DNA of 64,000 nucleotides from contig CANLNQ010000002.1 of NCBI GenBank assembly GCA_947492525.1, positions 235,538 through 299,537 of the forward strand. The letters run 5' to 3'. The position numbers and the translations under genes were made by a program. Positions 27,147 through 37,428 of this stretch are shown here, in pieces. The notes under the pieces were generated by a model. The model had not been told where the DNA came from and made no database searches. It was given only the letters and a program-made list of their open reading frames with translations. The first letter of the stretch is position 1. Each line of letters begins with the position of its first letter. This DNA is from an uncultured Granulosicoccus sp. Lineage in GTDB: Bacteria > Pseudomonadota > Gammaproteobacteria > Granulosicoccales > Granulosicoccaceae.

Positions 27147-28511
27147 TCAAAGCCTGCCTTGCACGTCGGAAATGCTCTCGCGCAATATATCGGAAGTCTC
27201 GTCAATCTGCGCTTCGGTCATGATCAGGGTAGGCGAGAGAATCAGACTGTTGCCCAGCGGTCGAGCGATAAGGCCGCGTTTCTGCGCAGCCTGAGCAACC
27301 TTCTGACCGATCTCGTCGCTGGCGGCAAACGGTGTCTTGCGCACCTTGTCCTTGACGAATTCCAGGCCCATCATGAAGTGGCTGCCGCGTACCTCGCCGA
27401 CCAGCTCCAGCTCTCCCAGAGCGCGCATGTTGTTCTCGAAGCGTTTCCCGGTGGTTCTGACACGCTCGGGAATCTTCTCGCTTTCCATCAGGGCAATGTT
27501 GGCCAGTGCGGCTGCCGAGGCCACCGGGTGACCGGAGTAGGTCATGCCATGAAAGAACATCGCACCTTCTTCGGAGATGACTTCATGAATCTCGTCGCTG
27601 ATGATGGTGGCTGCCAGAGGCTGATAGCCGGAAGTCAGCCCCTTGGCGGTGGTGATGATGTCCGGTTGCATGCCGAAGACATCCTTCGATGCGAAGTAAT
27701 GACCCAGACGGCCGAAGGCGGTGACGACCTCATCGGCTATGTACTTGATGTCGTATTGGCGACACAGCTCGCTCATTCGGGCGTGATAGCCCTCGGGTGC
27801 GACGATGACGCCGCCGGCTCCCATGATCGGTTCGGCAATGAAGCAGGCGATGTTCTCGGCGCCCAGTTGCTCGATTCGTGTTCGGGCATCCTCCAGCAAG
27901 GCATCGAGAAATTCTGCTTCGCTCATGCCATCTCCTTCGCGCCAGTAATGGGGCAGGCGCAGGTGATGCACCAGGCCGGGCACGGTATCCCAGCCCTCGG
28001 AGTAGGCTGGTGTGGTCATGGTCATGGCCAGATAGGTTGACCCGTGGTAGGCACCGTGACGACTGAGAATCAACTTCTTGTTGGGCTTGCCCAGGCGGTT
28101 GTAGTAGTGATGCAGGATACGAATGGCGGTATCGTTTGCCACAGAACCCGAGTTGCCGAAGTGCACGGTATTCAGATTCCCGGGCGCCAGATCGGCGATC
28201 TTGCTGGCCAGTGCGGCGGCTGTGGGGTGGGCGAAATTGTAGAAGGTCGAGTAGAAGTCCAGCGTGTTCAGCTGCTCGGTAATGGCATCGATGATCTCCT
28301 TGCGCTTGTGCCCGACGTTGACACACCAAAGACCCCCGATGCCATCGATCAGCCGGTTGCCTTCGCTGTCGGTCACGTGTGCACCTTCGGCGCTGACAAT
28401 GACGGTACGGGAGTTCTCCTGTTTCAGTGCGTGCAGGTTGGCAAACGACTGTACGAGGTGGGTGTCCGCGGTGAGGACGCCATCGGTGGTGGTATCAATA
28501 GCGAGAGACAT
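27147..28511 (-). CDS. Class III (omega-amine) aminotransferase
   Basis: IDGIGGLWCVNVGH, AYHGST, FIAEPIMGAGG, IADEVVTAFGRLG, TTAKGLTSGY, HGMTYSGHP. Confidence 0.93.
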   Translation of the reverse strand: MSLAIDTTTDGVLTADTHLVQSFANLHALKQENSRTVIVSAEGAHVTDSEGNRLIDGIGGLWCVNVGHKRKEIIDAITEQLNTLDFYSTFYNFAHPTAAALASKIADLAPGNLNTVHFGNSGSVANDTAIRILHHYYNRLGKPNKKLILSRHGAYHGSTYLAMTMTTPAYSEGWDTVPGLVHHLRLPHYWREGDGMSEAEFLDALLEDARTRIEQLGAENIACFIAEPIMGAGGVIVAPEGYHARMSELCRQYDIKYIADEVVTAFGRLGHYFASKDVFGMQPDIITTAKGLTSGYQPLAATIISDEIHEVISEEGAMFFHGMTYSGHPVASAAALANIALMESEKIPERVRTTGKRFENNMRALGELELVGEVRGSHFMMGLEFVKDKVRKTPFAASDEIGQKVAQAAQKRGLIARPLGNSLILSPTLIMTEAQIDETSDILRESISDVQGRL

Positions 28512-28632
28512 TGTCTGAAGACCTTGGGTTGTATCCGGATTGGGGGCTTTGCTCTTCGAGCAAGTGGGCAGTTTGCAACCGGGGACGCTGGCGCGAGAAA
28601 GAACGCAAGGCGGCCCCGGTTCGGTTCTGAAC

Positions 28633-29670
28633 CTACTTTTTCACGTTGGTCCAGATCTGGTCATAGACCGCCTGAGTCTGCTCATCGCAGACATCGATGA
28701 ACACGGCAGGGCCTGCCGACGCGGGCGGGTTGCCTTCGGGCAGTGTGCGCAGTGCATCGTCGAGCAGATCGGACACACCGTCAACCCCTGCGGCGTAGCG
28801 GGCAAAGATGGTCACGGCCGCCGCGTTTTCCGGCTCCAGCAGAAAGTCCATGAACGCCAGCGCGTTATCGCGATTGGGGGCATCCTTGAGCAGCACGACG
28901 TTATCCATCCAGGCGATATAGCCCTGAGTCGGGAAGGCATACTCGATGTTTGCCCCCTCTTCACGACCCTTGGCCGAGAAGCCACTGTAGATCATGCCAG
29001 CCAGCGCATCGCCGGACACCAGCACCTCCTTGGCCGTGTCGGAATTGAACGATGCCCAGTGCCCCTTGGCCTCTTCCAGCATGGCGTTCAGCGCTTTGAG
29101 TTTGTCCCGATCGGTGGAGCATTGTTCGATGCCCAGGTGCAGCGCGGCCAGAGCCATGACCTCACCCTGACTGTCGAGGACGTTGATCTTGCCGGACAGT
29201 TCCGTCGGTGGATCGAAGAGAATGTCGGTTGTATTGATCTCGCCCTGGTATTCATCGCGGTTGACCGAGAAGGACGTGGAGCCCCACTGATAGGGAATGG
29301 AGTGCTGCCGGCCTGGATCGAAGCCGACGTCGAGCCATTGTGGTTGTATGTTGCCTTTGTTGCTCAGCTCACCTTCGGCAATGGTATCGAGCAGGCCTTC
29401 ATTGGCCATGATCTTGACCATGTAATCACCGGGTACCGACACATCGTAGGTGCCGATTCCGCCGGCCTTCAATGATGCAAGCATGGACTCGTTGGAATCG
29501 AAGGTGTCCATGACCACGTCGATGCCGGTCTCGGCGGTGAACTTCTCGATGAGTTCCTGTGGCATGTATTCGAACCAGTGATAGACAACCACTTTGCCAT
29601 CGGCCATGGCCGGTGTGCCGGCAAGTGCGATCAGCGAGGCCGCTGCCATCGGAAGAAGGTGCTTTTTCAT
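28633..29670 (-). CDS. Polyamine-type ABC substrate-binding protein (PotD/PotF family)
   Basis: VVYHWFEYM...FTAETGI...FDSNESM...YDVSVPGDYMV...SIPYQWG...WMDN. Confidence 0.92.
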   Translation of the reverse strand: MKKHLLPMAAASLIALAGTPAMADGKVVVYHWFEYMPQELIEKFTAETGIDVVMDTFDSNESMLASLKAGGIGTYDVSVPGDYMVKIMANEGLLDTIAEGELSNKGNIQPQWLDVGFDPGRQHSIPYQWGSTSFSVNRDEYQGEINTTDILFDPPTELSGKINVLDSQGEVMALAALHLGIEQCSTDRDKLKALNAMLEEAKGHWASFNSDTAKEVLVSGDALAGMIYSGFSAKGREEGANIEYAFPTQGYIAWMDNVVLLKDAPNRDNALAFMDFLLEPENAAAVTIFARYAAGVDGVSDLLDDALRTLPEGNPPASAGPAVFIDVCDEQTQAVYDQIWTNVKK

Positions 29671-29688
29671 GTCTTGACTCCAGTTGTC

Positions 29689-30504
29689 TCAGTTGGTCTT
29701 GTCGGTTTTACTGACGAAGTAGGAAATCGTGACCATCACCACCGAGACACTCAGGAGCAGGGTGGAGATGGCCATGATGTTGGGCTTGATGCCTTGTTTT
29801 ACCGCCCCGAAGATAGCGGTGGGCAAGGTCTCCACGCCGGCGCCCTTGACGAAATTCGTGATGATGAAGTCGTCCAGGGAGACGATGAAGGCGAGCAGGA
29901 ATCCGGAGATGATGCCAGGCGCCATCAAGGGCAGAAGGATTCTGGTAAAGGCCTGCCTGCGAGTGGCGTACAGGTCCAGTGCTGCCTGTTCGAAACTGTC
30001 ATCGATACCCTGCATGCGAGCGGCAATGGGCAGATAGGCAAAGGGAATGCAGAAGGCGATATGCGCCAGCACGATGGTCATCAAACCTCGGTCAAATCCG
30101 ATGGCATTGAAGAAGATCAGGGTGGCTACCGCCGTGACGATCTCGGGCACCATCAGGGGCAGGGAGATCAGTCCGGCAGACAGCATGCGCAACCTGAATT
30201 TCCCGGCGCGTATCATGCCGGTTGCGGCCAGCGTCGCAATTGCCGTTGAGACGCTCGCAGCCACGATGGCGATGACAAAGCTGTTCCAGGCCGCCAGTTT
30301 GAACTTCGCGCTTTCCGGACCGGTAAAGACATCGACATACCAGCGCAGTGAAAAGCCTTCCCACGCTGCTATCGAGTTCGATGAATTGAAACTGTAGATC
30401 GTGACGACCAGCAGCGGGGCGTAGAGTATGCACAGGCAGAGCAGGGTGATGGCCCTGAACCCGGTATAGGTGCGCACATCGAGTCTTGCGGAAACGTCAG
30501 CCAT
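29689..30504 (-). CDS. Polyamine-type ABC permease (PotC/PotI family)
   Basis: LYAPL...SFN...GFSLRWY; EQAALDLYA; [11 protein letters not shown]. Confidence 0.92.
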   Translation of the reverse strand: MADVSARLDVRTYTGFRAITLLCLCILYAPLLVVTIYSFNSSNSIAAWEGFSLRWYVDVFTGPESAKFKLAAWNSFVIAIVAASVSTAIATLAATGMIRAGKFRLRMLSAGLISLPLMVPEIVTAVATLIFFNAIGFDRGLMTIVLAHIAFCIPFAYLPIAARMQGIDDSFEQAALDLYATRRQAFTRILLPLMAPGIISGFLLAFIVSLDDFIITNFVKGAGVETLPTAIFGAVKQGIKPNIMAISTLLLSVSVVMVTISYFVSKTDKTN

Positions 30505-30509
30505 TCCGG

Positions 30510-31439
30510 TCAGGCCTCCTTGCGTTCGTGGCGGGTTTGCTGGCGCGCAAACAGCAGCAGAATGATCAGCACGATGGTCAGCAGAATCATGGACGCCGCG
30601 GCACCGAAGGGCCAGTTACCGGCATTGCCCTTGAACTGCTCCTCGATCAGTGAGCCGATCATGTAGTTCTTCGCCCCACCGAGCAGATCGGGCGCCAGAA
30701 AGGAGCCCAGGGAAGGGACAAAGACCAGAATGCAACCGGCGATGATGCCCGGTTTGACTGCCGGTAGCAGTACTCTGCGCAGCGTCACCCATCGGGAGGC
30801 ATAGAGATCCGCTGCCGCTTCACTCAGGGAAAAATCATAGCGCTCCACCGCCGCATAGATGGGCAACACCATGAACGGCAGGTAGGAATAGAACAGCCCC
30901 AACTGAACGGCGAAATTGGTGTTCACCATATGCAGGGGGCTGTCGATGAGGCCCAGAGACATCAGCACCTGGTTCAGAGGCCCCTGGTCACGCAGCAGGA
31001 ACTTCATGGACACGGTACGAATCAGCAGGTTGACCCAGTAGGGAATCGTGATGAGAAACACCCAGATTGCCCGGGATCCGGCCGGGCGCGTGGCAATGAA
31101 ATACGCCGTGGGGAAACCGATGGCAAGACTCAGCAAGGTGGCGGTACCGGCCTGCCAGAACGAGCGCCAGAAGATCGTGATGTATGTCCACTCGATGCTC
31201 GGCGGCTCATCGCCGAAGAGACCTCGATCGAAGAAGAACTGGTCGTAGGCTGCGAGGCTGAATTCCCAGATGACGCCGCCGCGGAATTCCTTGGTCAGAA
31301 AGGAATAGACCAGCATCATGATCACTGGAATCAGCGACAGACCGAGAAGCACCAGCCAGGAGGGGAGAAGCAGCCAGGTGCGGGCTTTCTCGTAAGTATT
31401 TGCGACGGTACTGCCGCCGCCAGGTGCGCCGGCCGCCAT
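30510..31439 (-). CDS. Polyamine-type ABC permease (PotB/PotH family)
   Basis: [35 protein letters not shown]. Confidence 0.92.
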   Translation of the reverse strand: MAAGAPGGGSTVANTYEKARTWLLLPSWLVLLGLSLIPVIMMLVYSFLTKEFRGGVIWEFSLAAYDQFFFDRGLFGDEPPSIEWTYITIFWRSFWQAGTATLLSLAIGFPTAYFIATRPAGSRAIWVFLITIPYWVNLLIRTVSMKFLLRDQGPLNQVLMSLGLIDSPLHMVNTNFAVQLGLFYSYLPFMVLPIYAAVERYDFSLSEAAADLYASRWVTLRRVLLPAVKPGIIAGCILVFVPSLGSFLAPDLLGGAKNYMIGSLIEEQFKGNAGNWPFGAAASMILLTIVLIILLLFARQQTRHERKEA

Positions 31440-32527
31440 CAGTCGATCAGGAGCCTTGCGGCTCCCGGCTCCATATTGACGTACACATCGCTACCGGGCT
31501 CGAAGATGCCCTTGCTGCCTCGATCCGAATTGGATGTGCGTACGGTGAAGGTCGGACCATCCGTCAGATTGACGATGGTGGTGATGTCGGTGCCGATGAA
31601 GATGTTTTCGCTCACCTTGCCTTGCAGGCTCTTGCTTTCGCGCGGCTTGTCGCTGATGAAGACGCGTTCGGGTCGCAACGACAGGTGAACGCTGGAACCC
31701 ACGCCGATTCCAGCCACTTCATTGCAGTGCAGTTCATGGCCCCCGTCCAGCTGGCAGATGGCATTGCCATCCCGGATCTCCTTGACCACGACAGTGAGCA
31801 GATTGGTCTCGCCGATGAAATCGGCAACGAATACATTGCGTGGTGATTCGTAGATTTCACGCGGTGTACCGAGCTGCTGCAGTTCACCGGCTGACATCAC
31901 GGCGATGCGGTCGGACATGGTCAGGGCTTCCTCCTGATCGTGCGTGACGAAGATGAAGGTGATGCCGGTCTCGCGCTGCAGGTGCTTCAGTTCGAGTTGC
32001 ATCGCTTTGCGCAGTTTCAGATCCAGGGCTGACAGCGGTTCGTCCAGCAGCAGCACCTTGGGTTGCGGGGCAAGCGCACGTGCCAGAGCCACCCGTTGCT
32101 GTTGTCCGCCCGACAGTTGCGACGGCTTGCGTGCGGAGAAGTCCGAAAGCTGAACTAGTTCGAGCATCTGCCTGGCCTTGCTGCGGGCTTCGCTCTGGCT
32201 GGCCCCTTTCATTTCCACACCGAATGCCACGTTGTCCAGAACGTTCAGATGTGGAAACAGTGCGTAACTCTGAAAGACCGTGTTCACCGGCCGCTGGTTC
32301 GGCGGCAGGTTCTCGATCTCCTGCCCATACAGGTGGATCGACCCATGGCTGACATCCTCGAAGCCGGCGATCATGCGCAGCAGCGTGGTCTTGCCGCAGC
32401 CCGAAGGGCCCAGCAGCGTGAAGAACTCGTTGTCCTTGATGGACAGGGATACTTCCTTCAGCGCCGTGAAAGAGCCATAACGCTTGACCGCGTTTCGAAC
32501 ATCGATCGCATTGTCTTGTCTTGCCAT
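31439..32527 (-). CDS. Polyamine-type ABC ATP-binding protein (PotA/PotG family)
   Basis: GPSGCGKT, VFQSYALFPH, LSGGQQQR, LLLDEPLSALD, FVADFIG. Confidence 0.94.
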   Translation of the reverse strand: MARQDNAIDVRNAVKRYGSFTALKEVSLSIKDNEFFTLLGPSGCGKTTLLRMIAGFEDVSHGSIHLYGQEIENLPPNQRPVNTVFQSYALFPHLNVLDNVAFGVEMKGASQSEARSKARQMLELVQLSDFSARKPSQLSGGQQQRVALARALAPQPKVLLLDEPLSALDLKLRKAMQLELKHLQRETGITFIFVTHDQEEALTMSDRIAVMSAGELQQLGTPREIYESPRNVFVADFIGETNLLTVVVKEIRDGNAICQLDGGHELHCNEVAGIGVGSSVHLSLRPERVFISDKPRESKSLQGKVSENIFIGTDITTIVNLTDGPTFTVRTSNSDRGSKGIFEPGSDVYVNMEPGAARLLID

Positions 32528-32540
32528 GCGCGTTCTCGGT

Positions 32541-32610
32541 ATACCCCTTGAAGTGCTTGTGTTTATACTAGAACCATTGATTCAGGGGGTATATACCCCT
32601 AAGGGGGTAT
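32541..32610. promoter_or_regulatory. Overlapping TACCCC/GGGGTA palindromes, candidate LuxR-type operator
   Basis: GGGGTATATACCCC (32586-32599) overlaps TACCCCTAAGGGGGTA (32594-32609); a further ATACCCC half-site lies at 32541-32547. Confidence 0.6.
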
Positions 32611-32611
32611 C

Positions 32612-33403
32612 TTGTTCACGTTGACCAATGCAACCCAGGAGCACCTGGCGGCCGCTATCGAAGCGCTCGGTACGTCAGCGTTCCCGGAGAAGCTGTACGC
32701 CTGGCTGTGTCGGTGCATGGAGATCGACAATGTGACCATTCTGGCCTACTACCAGACCATCAAGCCGGATGTATTCTTCTTTCATTCCCGGGTCAGACAG
32801 GTGCACGAGCGCATGGAAGCGGATTACCTGTCGGGAATCTATCTGCTGGATCCGTTTCACGAACTGCATGTCAACAAGTCCGAACGGGGTCTCTATCGCC
32901 TGCGCGACTGTGCTCCCGACAGCTTCCATCGCAACGAGTATTACGCAAAATACTATGCCGGCACCACCATGCTGGATGAGGCCTGTTTCCACGTTTCTCT
33001 GCCCAAGGGAGTGTCAGTACAAGTGTGCCTGGGGCGGGACAAGAGCTCGGGAAGTTCCTTTTCTGCCCGTGACCTGAATACCGCTCGAAAGCTGAGCAGT
33101 ATCGTCTGCAGTCTCATTGCCGTGCATTGGAAGGACTTGAAGGCCAGCGGTGACTATACGGATGAGACCCTGCTGACCCACATTCAGTCGCAGCTGATGG
33201 AGCACCGAGGGGTTCGCCTGAGCAGGCGCCAATGCGAAGTGGCACTGTTGATTCTGAGGGGACACAGTACGATTTCGATTGGCCTCTGCCTGGAAATCAG
33301 CCCGCAAACGGTCAAGGTGTTTCGCAAGCAGCTGTACCGGAAATGCGAGATTTCCTCGCAGGCCGAGCTGTTCTCACTGATGACAACGTATCTGAGTCTG
33401 TAG
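32612..33403 (+). CDS. LuxR-type HTH regulator with N-terminal sensor domain
   Basis: C-terminal LSRRQCEVALLILRGHSTISIGLCLEISPQTVKVFRKQLYRKC; divergent from the ABC operon. Confidence 0.88.
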   Translation: MFTLTNATQEHLAAAIEALGTSAFPEKLYAWLCRCMEIDNVTILAYYQTIKPDVFFFHSRVRQVHERMEADYLSGIYLLDPFHELHVNKSERGLYRLRDCAPDSFHRNEYYAKYYAGTTMLDEACFHVSLPKGVSVQVCLGRDKSSGSSFSARDLNTARKLSSIVCSLIAVHWKDLKASGDYTDETLLTHIQSQLMEHRGVRLSRRQCEVALLILRGHSTISIGLCLEISPQTVKVFRKQLYRKCEISSQAELFSLMTTYLSL

Positions 33404-33457
33404 TCAGCGTGTCATGCGGGGCTGTTCGTTGGGTTTTTCAATCTTTCGCTGCCCGGC

Positions 33458-35185
33458 TCAGGAATACACGCGCTCCAGGCCACTGGCTGCCTGCAGGCGG
33501 CTGTAGCGTCCACCGGTTTCCAGCAGTTCGGCATGACTGCCGACCTCGCTGATACGTCCCTCTTCCATGACGACAATGCGATCTGCATGCCGGATGGTGC
33601 CCAGACGGTGGGCGATGATCAGCGTGGTCCGACCCGCGGAGAGTTTGCCCAGCGCACTCTGGATTTCCCGTTCGGTTTCCGTGTCCAGCGCCGAGGTGGC
33701 TTCGTCGAGTATCAGAATGGACGGATTGCGCAGGAAGGCCCGAGCAATGGCGACTCGCTGTTTCTGCCCACCGGAGAGACGCAGGCCGCGTTCACCGACA
33801 ATCGTGTCGAGCCCGTCGGGCATGTTGGCAATGGTGGAGTCGAGCATGGCCAGGTGCGCAGCTTCCAGGATCTGCGCCTCGGTGGCGTCGAGTCGCGCAT
33901 AAGCGATATTCTCGCGAAGCGTGCCACCAAAGAGCAGAACATCCTGAGACACGATTCCAACCTGTTCGCGCAGACTTTGCAGGGTCATGTCCTGCAAGGC
34001 GATACCGTCTATGGATATCCGGCCCTCATCCACCTCGTAGAAGCGTGGTATCAGGGTCAGTAGCGTCGTCTTGCCCGCACCGGATGGACCCACAAAGGCG
34101 ATCGTTTCACCGGCCTTGATATCCAGGTTGATATCCCTCAATACATTGCCCTCTTCGCCATAGGCGAAGGTCACATGGTCGAAGTGGATATTGCCTTCCA
34201 GAGAAGTGACCGGCCGTGCCTGAGGCAGGTCGGCAATGTCGGCCTTGGTATCCAGCAGTTCCAGGTAGCGGCGGAAACCTGCAATGCCTCGAGGATAGGA
34301 CTCGATGACCGAGGCAATCTTGTCCAGCGGTCTGAAGAAGACACCAACCAGCAGCAGGAAGCCGACAAAGCCGCCGGTGGTGAGAGAGCCCTGCATGACC
34401 ATATAGGCGCCCACTACCATGATTGCCACCTGCACGGCACGCATGCCCAGATACTGAATGGAGATGGAGGCCGCCATGACGCGGTAGGCTTCAAGCTTGG
34501 TCTTGCGGTAGCCATGGTTGTCTTTTGCAAAGAGCTCGTTCTCATGCGCTTCATTGGCAAAGGACTGGACCACGCGGATACCGCTGAGACTCTCTTCCAG
34601 CCTGACATTGAAATTGCCGACGCGCGCGTAAATGGCACGCCAGGTTCGTGTCATCTTGCCACCCGCAACGGTGGTCAGAATGACCGACAGGGGCACGATC
34701 AAGCCACTGAGCAGGGCCAGTTCCACATTGATCCACAGCATCAGTGCAAATGCTCCGATGAATGTCATTATGGCAATGAACAGATCCTCAGGGCCGTGGT
34801 GGGCGACTTCGCCGATCTCTTCAAGGTCGCGAGTGACCAGTGAGACGAGCCTGCCTGTGCGCTGCCGGTCGAAGTAGCTCCATGAGAGCTTTTGCAGATG
34901 GGCAAAGGCACGCCGGCGCATCTCTGTCTCGATGTTGATGCCAAGCATATGTCCCCAGTAGGTCACGATGGACATCAAGCCCGCCGACACGGAGTAGATC
35001 AGCATCAGTCCGACGGCCGCCAGTATGGTCAGGGTCAGATCGCCTTGCGGCAGCAGGTGATCGATGAATCCGGTCACGGCCAGTGGAAAGGCCAGTTCGA
35101 GCATGCCGGCAACAACCGCTGAACCGAAGTCGAGCCAGAACAGGCCGAGCCACGGGCGGTAGTAGGAGAAGAATTCTTTCAACAT
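33458..35185 (-). CDS. ABC transporter fused permease/ATPase (exporter type)
   Basis: N-terminal TM domain; GPSGAGKT, LSGGQKQR, LILDEATSALD. Start MLKEFF. Confidence 0.93.
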   Translation of the reverse strand: MLKEFFSYYRPWLGLFWLDFGSAVVAGMLELAFPLAVTGFIDHLLPQGDLTLTILAAVGLMLIYSVSAGLMSIVTYWGHMLGINIETEMRRRAFAHLQKLSWSYFDRQRTGRLVSLVTRDLEEIGEVAHHGPEDLFIAIMTFIGAFALMLWINVELALLSGLIVPLSVILTTVAGGKMTRTWRAIYARVGNFNVRLEESLSGIRVVQSFANEAHENELFAKDNHGYRKTKLEAYRVMAASISIQYLGMRAVQVAIMVVGAYMVMQGSLTTGGFVGFLLLVGVFFRPLDKIASVIESYPRGIAGFRRYLELLDTKADIADLPQARPVTSLEGNIHFDHVTFAYGEEGNVLRDINLDIKAGETIAFVGPSGAGKTTLLTLIPRFYEVDEGRISIDGIALQDMTLQSLREQVGIVSQDVLLFGGTLRENIAYARLDATEAQILEAAHLAMLDSTIANMPDGLDTIVGERGLRLSGGQKQRVAIARAFLRNPSILILDEATSALDTETEREIQSALGKLSAGRTTLIIAHRLGTIRHADRIVVMEEGRISEVGSHAELLETGGRYSRLQAASGLERVYS

Positions 35186-35419
35186 GGCTGTCTGGTTTTC
35201 ATCGAGAAACACCGGTGGGCGGAGATGCCGGCAGCGTTCCCGGAGGGAGGGTCAGAGTAGGCGAGTGCCCGGGTCGCCATGGCCTGCCTGGATGGTGCAC
35301 GCTCGAACACGCCGAGCTGTGCTGCGTTCGAATATGCATTTGAGTGCCATATTATCACCAACGGTCATCCCGTCAGAAGCGAAACCGGCGCCACGAGCTG
35401 ACGAGCGATAGACATCAAA

Positions 35420-35443
35420 ATAGATTCAATTTCTTGAATGTAT
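35420..35443. promoter_or_regulatory. Candidate SoxR/SqrR-type operator (ATTC-N8-GAAT) upstream of the first YeeE gene
   Basis: ATAGATTC AATTTCTT GAATGTAT; its reverse complement closely matches the site upstream of soxX. Confidence 0.7.
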
Positions 35444-35510
35444 TTGCGTTTGCCAGTACAGTGCGCTGACTGACGCTCTTTTTCGAGTGGTCTACAGGAC
35501 GTGTCGACCA

Positions 35511-36575
35511 ATGGAAGACATTATTGAACAGGTAGGCGATGCGCAGATCATCTGGCTGGGTGGCCTGCTGGTGGGTCTGGCCTTCGGCGTGTTCGGTCAG
35601 CAGAGTCGCTTCTGTCTGCGATCGGCCAGTATCGAATTCTGGCGTGGGGCTCCCGGCAGCAAATTGGCCATCTGGTTGTTCGCCTTCTCCGCGGCGCTGG
35701 TTGCTACCCAACTGCAGATCCTGACAGGTTCTCTGGATTATTCGGCCATTCGGCAGTTGAACGGTACCGGCTCCCTGTCCGGCGCCATCGTTGGCGGTGC
35801 CCTGTTCGGTGCCGGCATGATGCTGGCACGAGGCTGTGCCAGTCGTCTGTTGATTCTGTCTGCAACCGGTAATCTTCGGGCACTGGTCACCGGGCTGTTG
35901 CTGACGATTGCCGCCCAGGCCTCCCTGCGCGGCTTTCTGTCGCCGCTTCGTGAAGCGATCTCATCCTGGTGGCTTATCTCCGGCAGCGAACGTGACCTGC
36001 TGACAGGTCTGCCCCAGACCAGTGGACTGATTCTCGGTATTTCCTTGCTGATGGTGGCCGGGTGGCTGGCACGGCGTTCAGGCATGACGCACTGGCCGAT
36101 GCTCAGCGCTCTGGGGGTCGGTGTTGTGGTTGCAGCGGGGTGGTGGGTCAGCAACTGGCACGCCAGCTGGAGCTTCGAACCCGTGACGGTGCAGAGCGTC
36201 TCGTTTACCGGACCATCCACCGACACTCTGATGGCCCTGGTGAATCAGCCCCAGATGCCGTTCACATTCGGGGTGGGCCTGGTGCCGGGCGTCTTTCTCG
36301 GCTCACTGCTCGCATCGGTGTCAACACGAGAGTTTCAGCTGCAATCGTTTGATCAGGACACGGGCATGTTGCGATACCTGGCAGGGGCTGTATTGATGGG
36401 CTTTGGCAGCATGCTGGCTGGCGGCTGTGCAGTCGGTGCCGGTGTTACCGGTGGTTCGGTGATGGCACTGACTGCCTGGACGGCGTTGCTGTTCATGTGG
36501 TTGGCGGCCGGAATCACCGATCTGGCGCTACGCAAACAGTTCGCAGGTGGCGGCGCAATGGTATCCGCCGGTTGA
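35511..36575 (+). CDS. YeeE/YedE sulfur-compound transporter (SoxT-like)
   Basis: FGVFGQQSRFCLR, FGAGMMLARGCASR, GSMLAGGCAVGAG. Start MEDIIEQ. Confidence 0.9.
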   Translation: MEDIIEQVGDAQIIWLGGLLVGLAFGVFGQQSRFCLRSASIEFWRGAPGSKLAIWLFAFSAALVATQLQILTGSLDYSAIRQLNGTGSLSGAIVGGALFGAGMMLARGCASRLLILSATGNLRALVTGLLLTIAAQASLRGFLSPLREAISSWWLISGSERDLLTGLPQTSGLILGISLLMVAGWLARRSGMTHWPMLSALGVGVVVAAGWWVSNWHASWSFEPVTVQSVSFTGPSTDTLMALVNQPQMPFTFGVGLVPGVFLGSLLASVSTREFQLQSFDQDTGMLRYLAGAVLMGFGSMLAGGCAVGAGVTGGSVMALTAWTALLFMWLAAGITDLALRKQFAGGGAMVSAG

Positions 36576-36665
36576 GTGTGACTGGCGAAAGGGAGGCTGG
36601 CTCATCGGGAAGATTGATCGACAAAGAGATCATTGGAGAAGCCGCCAAGGCCTCAGGCTGACCGA

Positions 36666-36820
36666 GAGAAGAGAAGAGAAGAGAAGAGAAGAGAAGAGAA
36701 GAGAAGAGAAGAGAAGAGAAGAGAAGAGAAGAGAAGAGAAGAGCAGAGCAGAGCAGAGAAGAGCAGAGAAGAGCAGAGCAGAGCAGAGCAGAGCAGAGCA
36801 GAGCAGAGCAGAGCAGAGCG
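36666..36820. repeat. 5-bp graded microsatellite, 31 units: (GAGAA)15, a mixed zone, then (GAGCA)9 and GAGCG
   Basis: Read directly; intergenic between YeeE and the DUF302 gene. Confidence 0.97.
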
Positions 36821-36870
36821 CATGCCTTGCATGCACTCAACCATTACAAGAATCCAGGAGGATTGTCACC

Positions 36871-37359
36871 ATGAAGAACACATTCAACCATGTCGGAATT
36901 GCATTAACGCTGCTGGCGGCCAGTGGCCTGTCACTGCAGGCGAACGCCGGTGAACTGCATGACGGCTACTACTTGTCCTCATCGGCAAACAGCTTCGAGG
37001 ATGTGGCTGCAGATCTGCAGGATGCCATCGTCAATCAGGGGCTCGTCATCGACTTCATCGGGCATTCCGGCGACATGCTGGAGCGCACGGCCGAGGCACT
37101 GGATACCGAGTCGTCGCTGTCGTCTGCACAGTACTTCAACTTCTGCTCGGCAAAACTGACGCATGCCGCCATTGCCGCCAGTGCCGAGAACATGGCGATC
37201 TGTCCTTACGTGGTGTTCGCCTATCAGCTGAAGAGCGAGCCGGACACGGTGCACCTGGGTTACCGCCGCCCCATTGGCGCTGTCGGTGAAGCCAGTGAGC
37301 AGGCGCTGGCCGATATCGAGGCCATGCTCAAGGACATGGTGGATGAGGCGTCCGAGTAG
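36871..37359 (+). CDS. Exported DUF302-family protein
   Basis: AGGAGG RBS; signal peptide; SFEDVAADLQDAIVNQGLVI...FNFCSAKL...ICPYVVFAY...LGYRRP. Confidence 0.82.
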   Translation: MKNTFNHVGIALTLLAASGLSLQANAGELHDGYYLSSSANSFEDVAADLQDAIVNQGLVIDFIGHSGDMLERTAEALDTESSLSSAQYFNFCSAKLTHAAIAASAENMAICPYVVFAYQLKSEPDTVHLGYRRPIGAVGEASEQALADIEAMLKDMVDEASE

Positions 37360-37424
37360 CGTTCGAGAAGCGTTCGAGAAGCGTTCGAGAAGCGTTCGAG
37401 AAGCGTTCGAGAAGCATTCGAGAA
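37359..37424. repeat. 11-bp tandem repeat (GCGTTCGAGAA)5 plus GCATTCGAGAA
   Basis: Read directly; starts at the DUF302 stop codon and ends just before the soxX operator-like site. Confidence 0.95.
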
Positions 37425-37428
37425 GCCG

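Noticed and set aside
35331-35353. AATATG-N11-CATATT inverted repeat upstream of the ABC exporter as a Fur box
   Set aside because: Only 6-bp arms and a poor fit to the Fur consensus. It may be regulatory but cannot be assigned.
36547-36870. N-terminal EKRRE/EQSRA-repeat extension of the DUF302 gene, and the LLFSS/LLCSA antisense ORFs
   Set aside because: These are translation artefacts of the stop-free 5-bp microsatellite. A strong AGGAGG RBS and signal peptide support the start at 36871.
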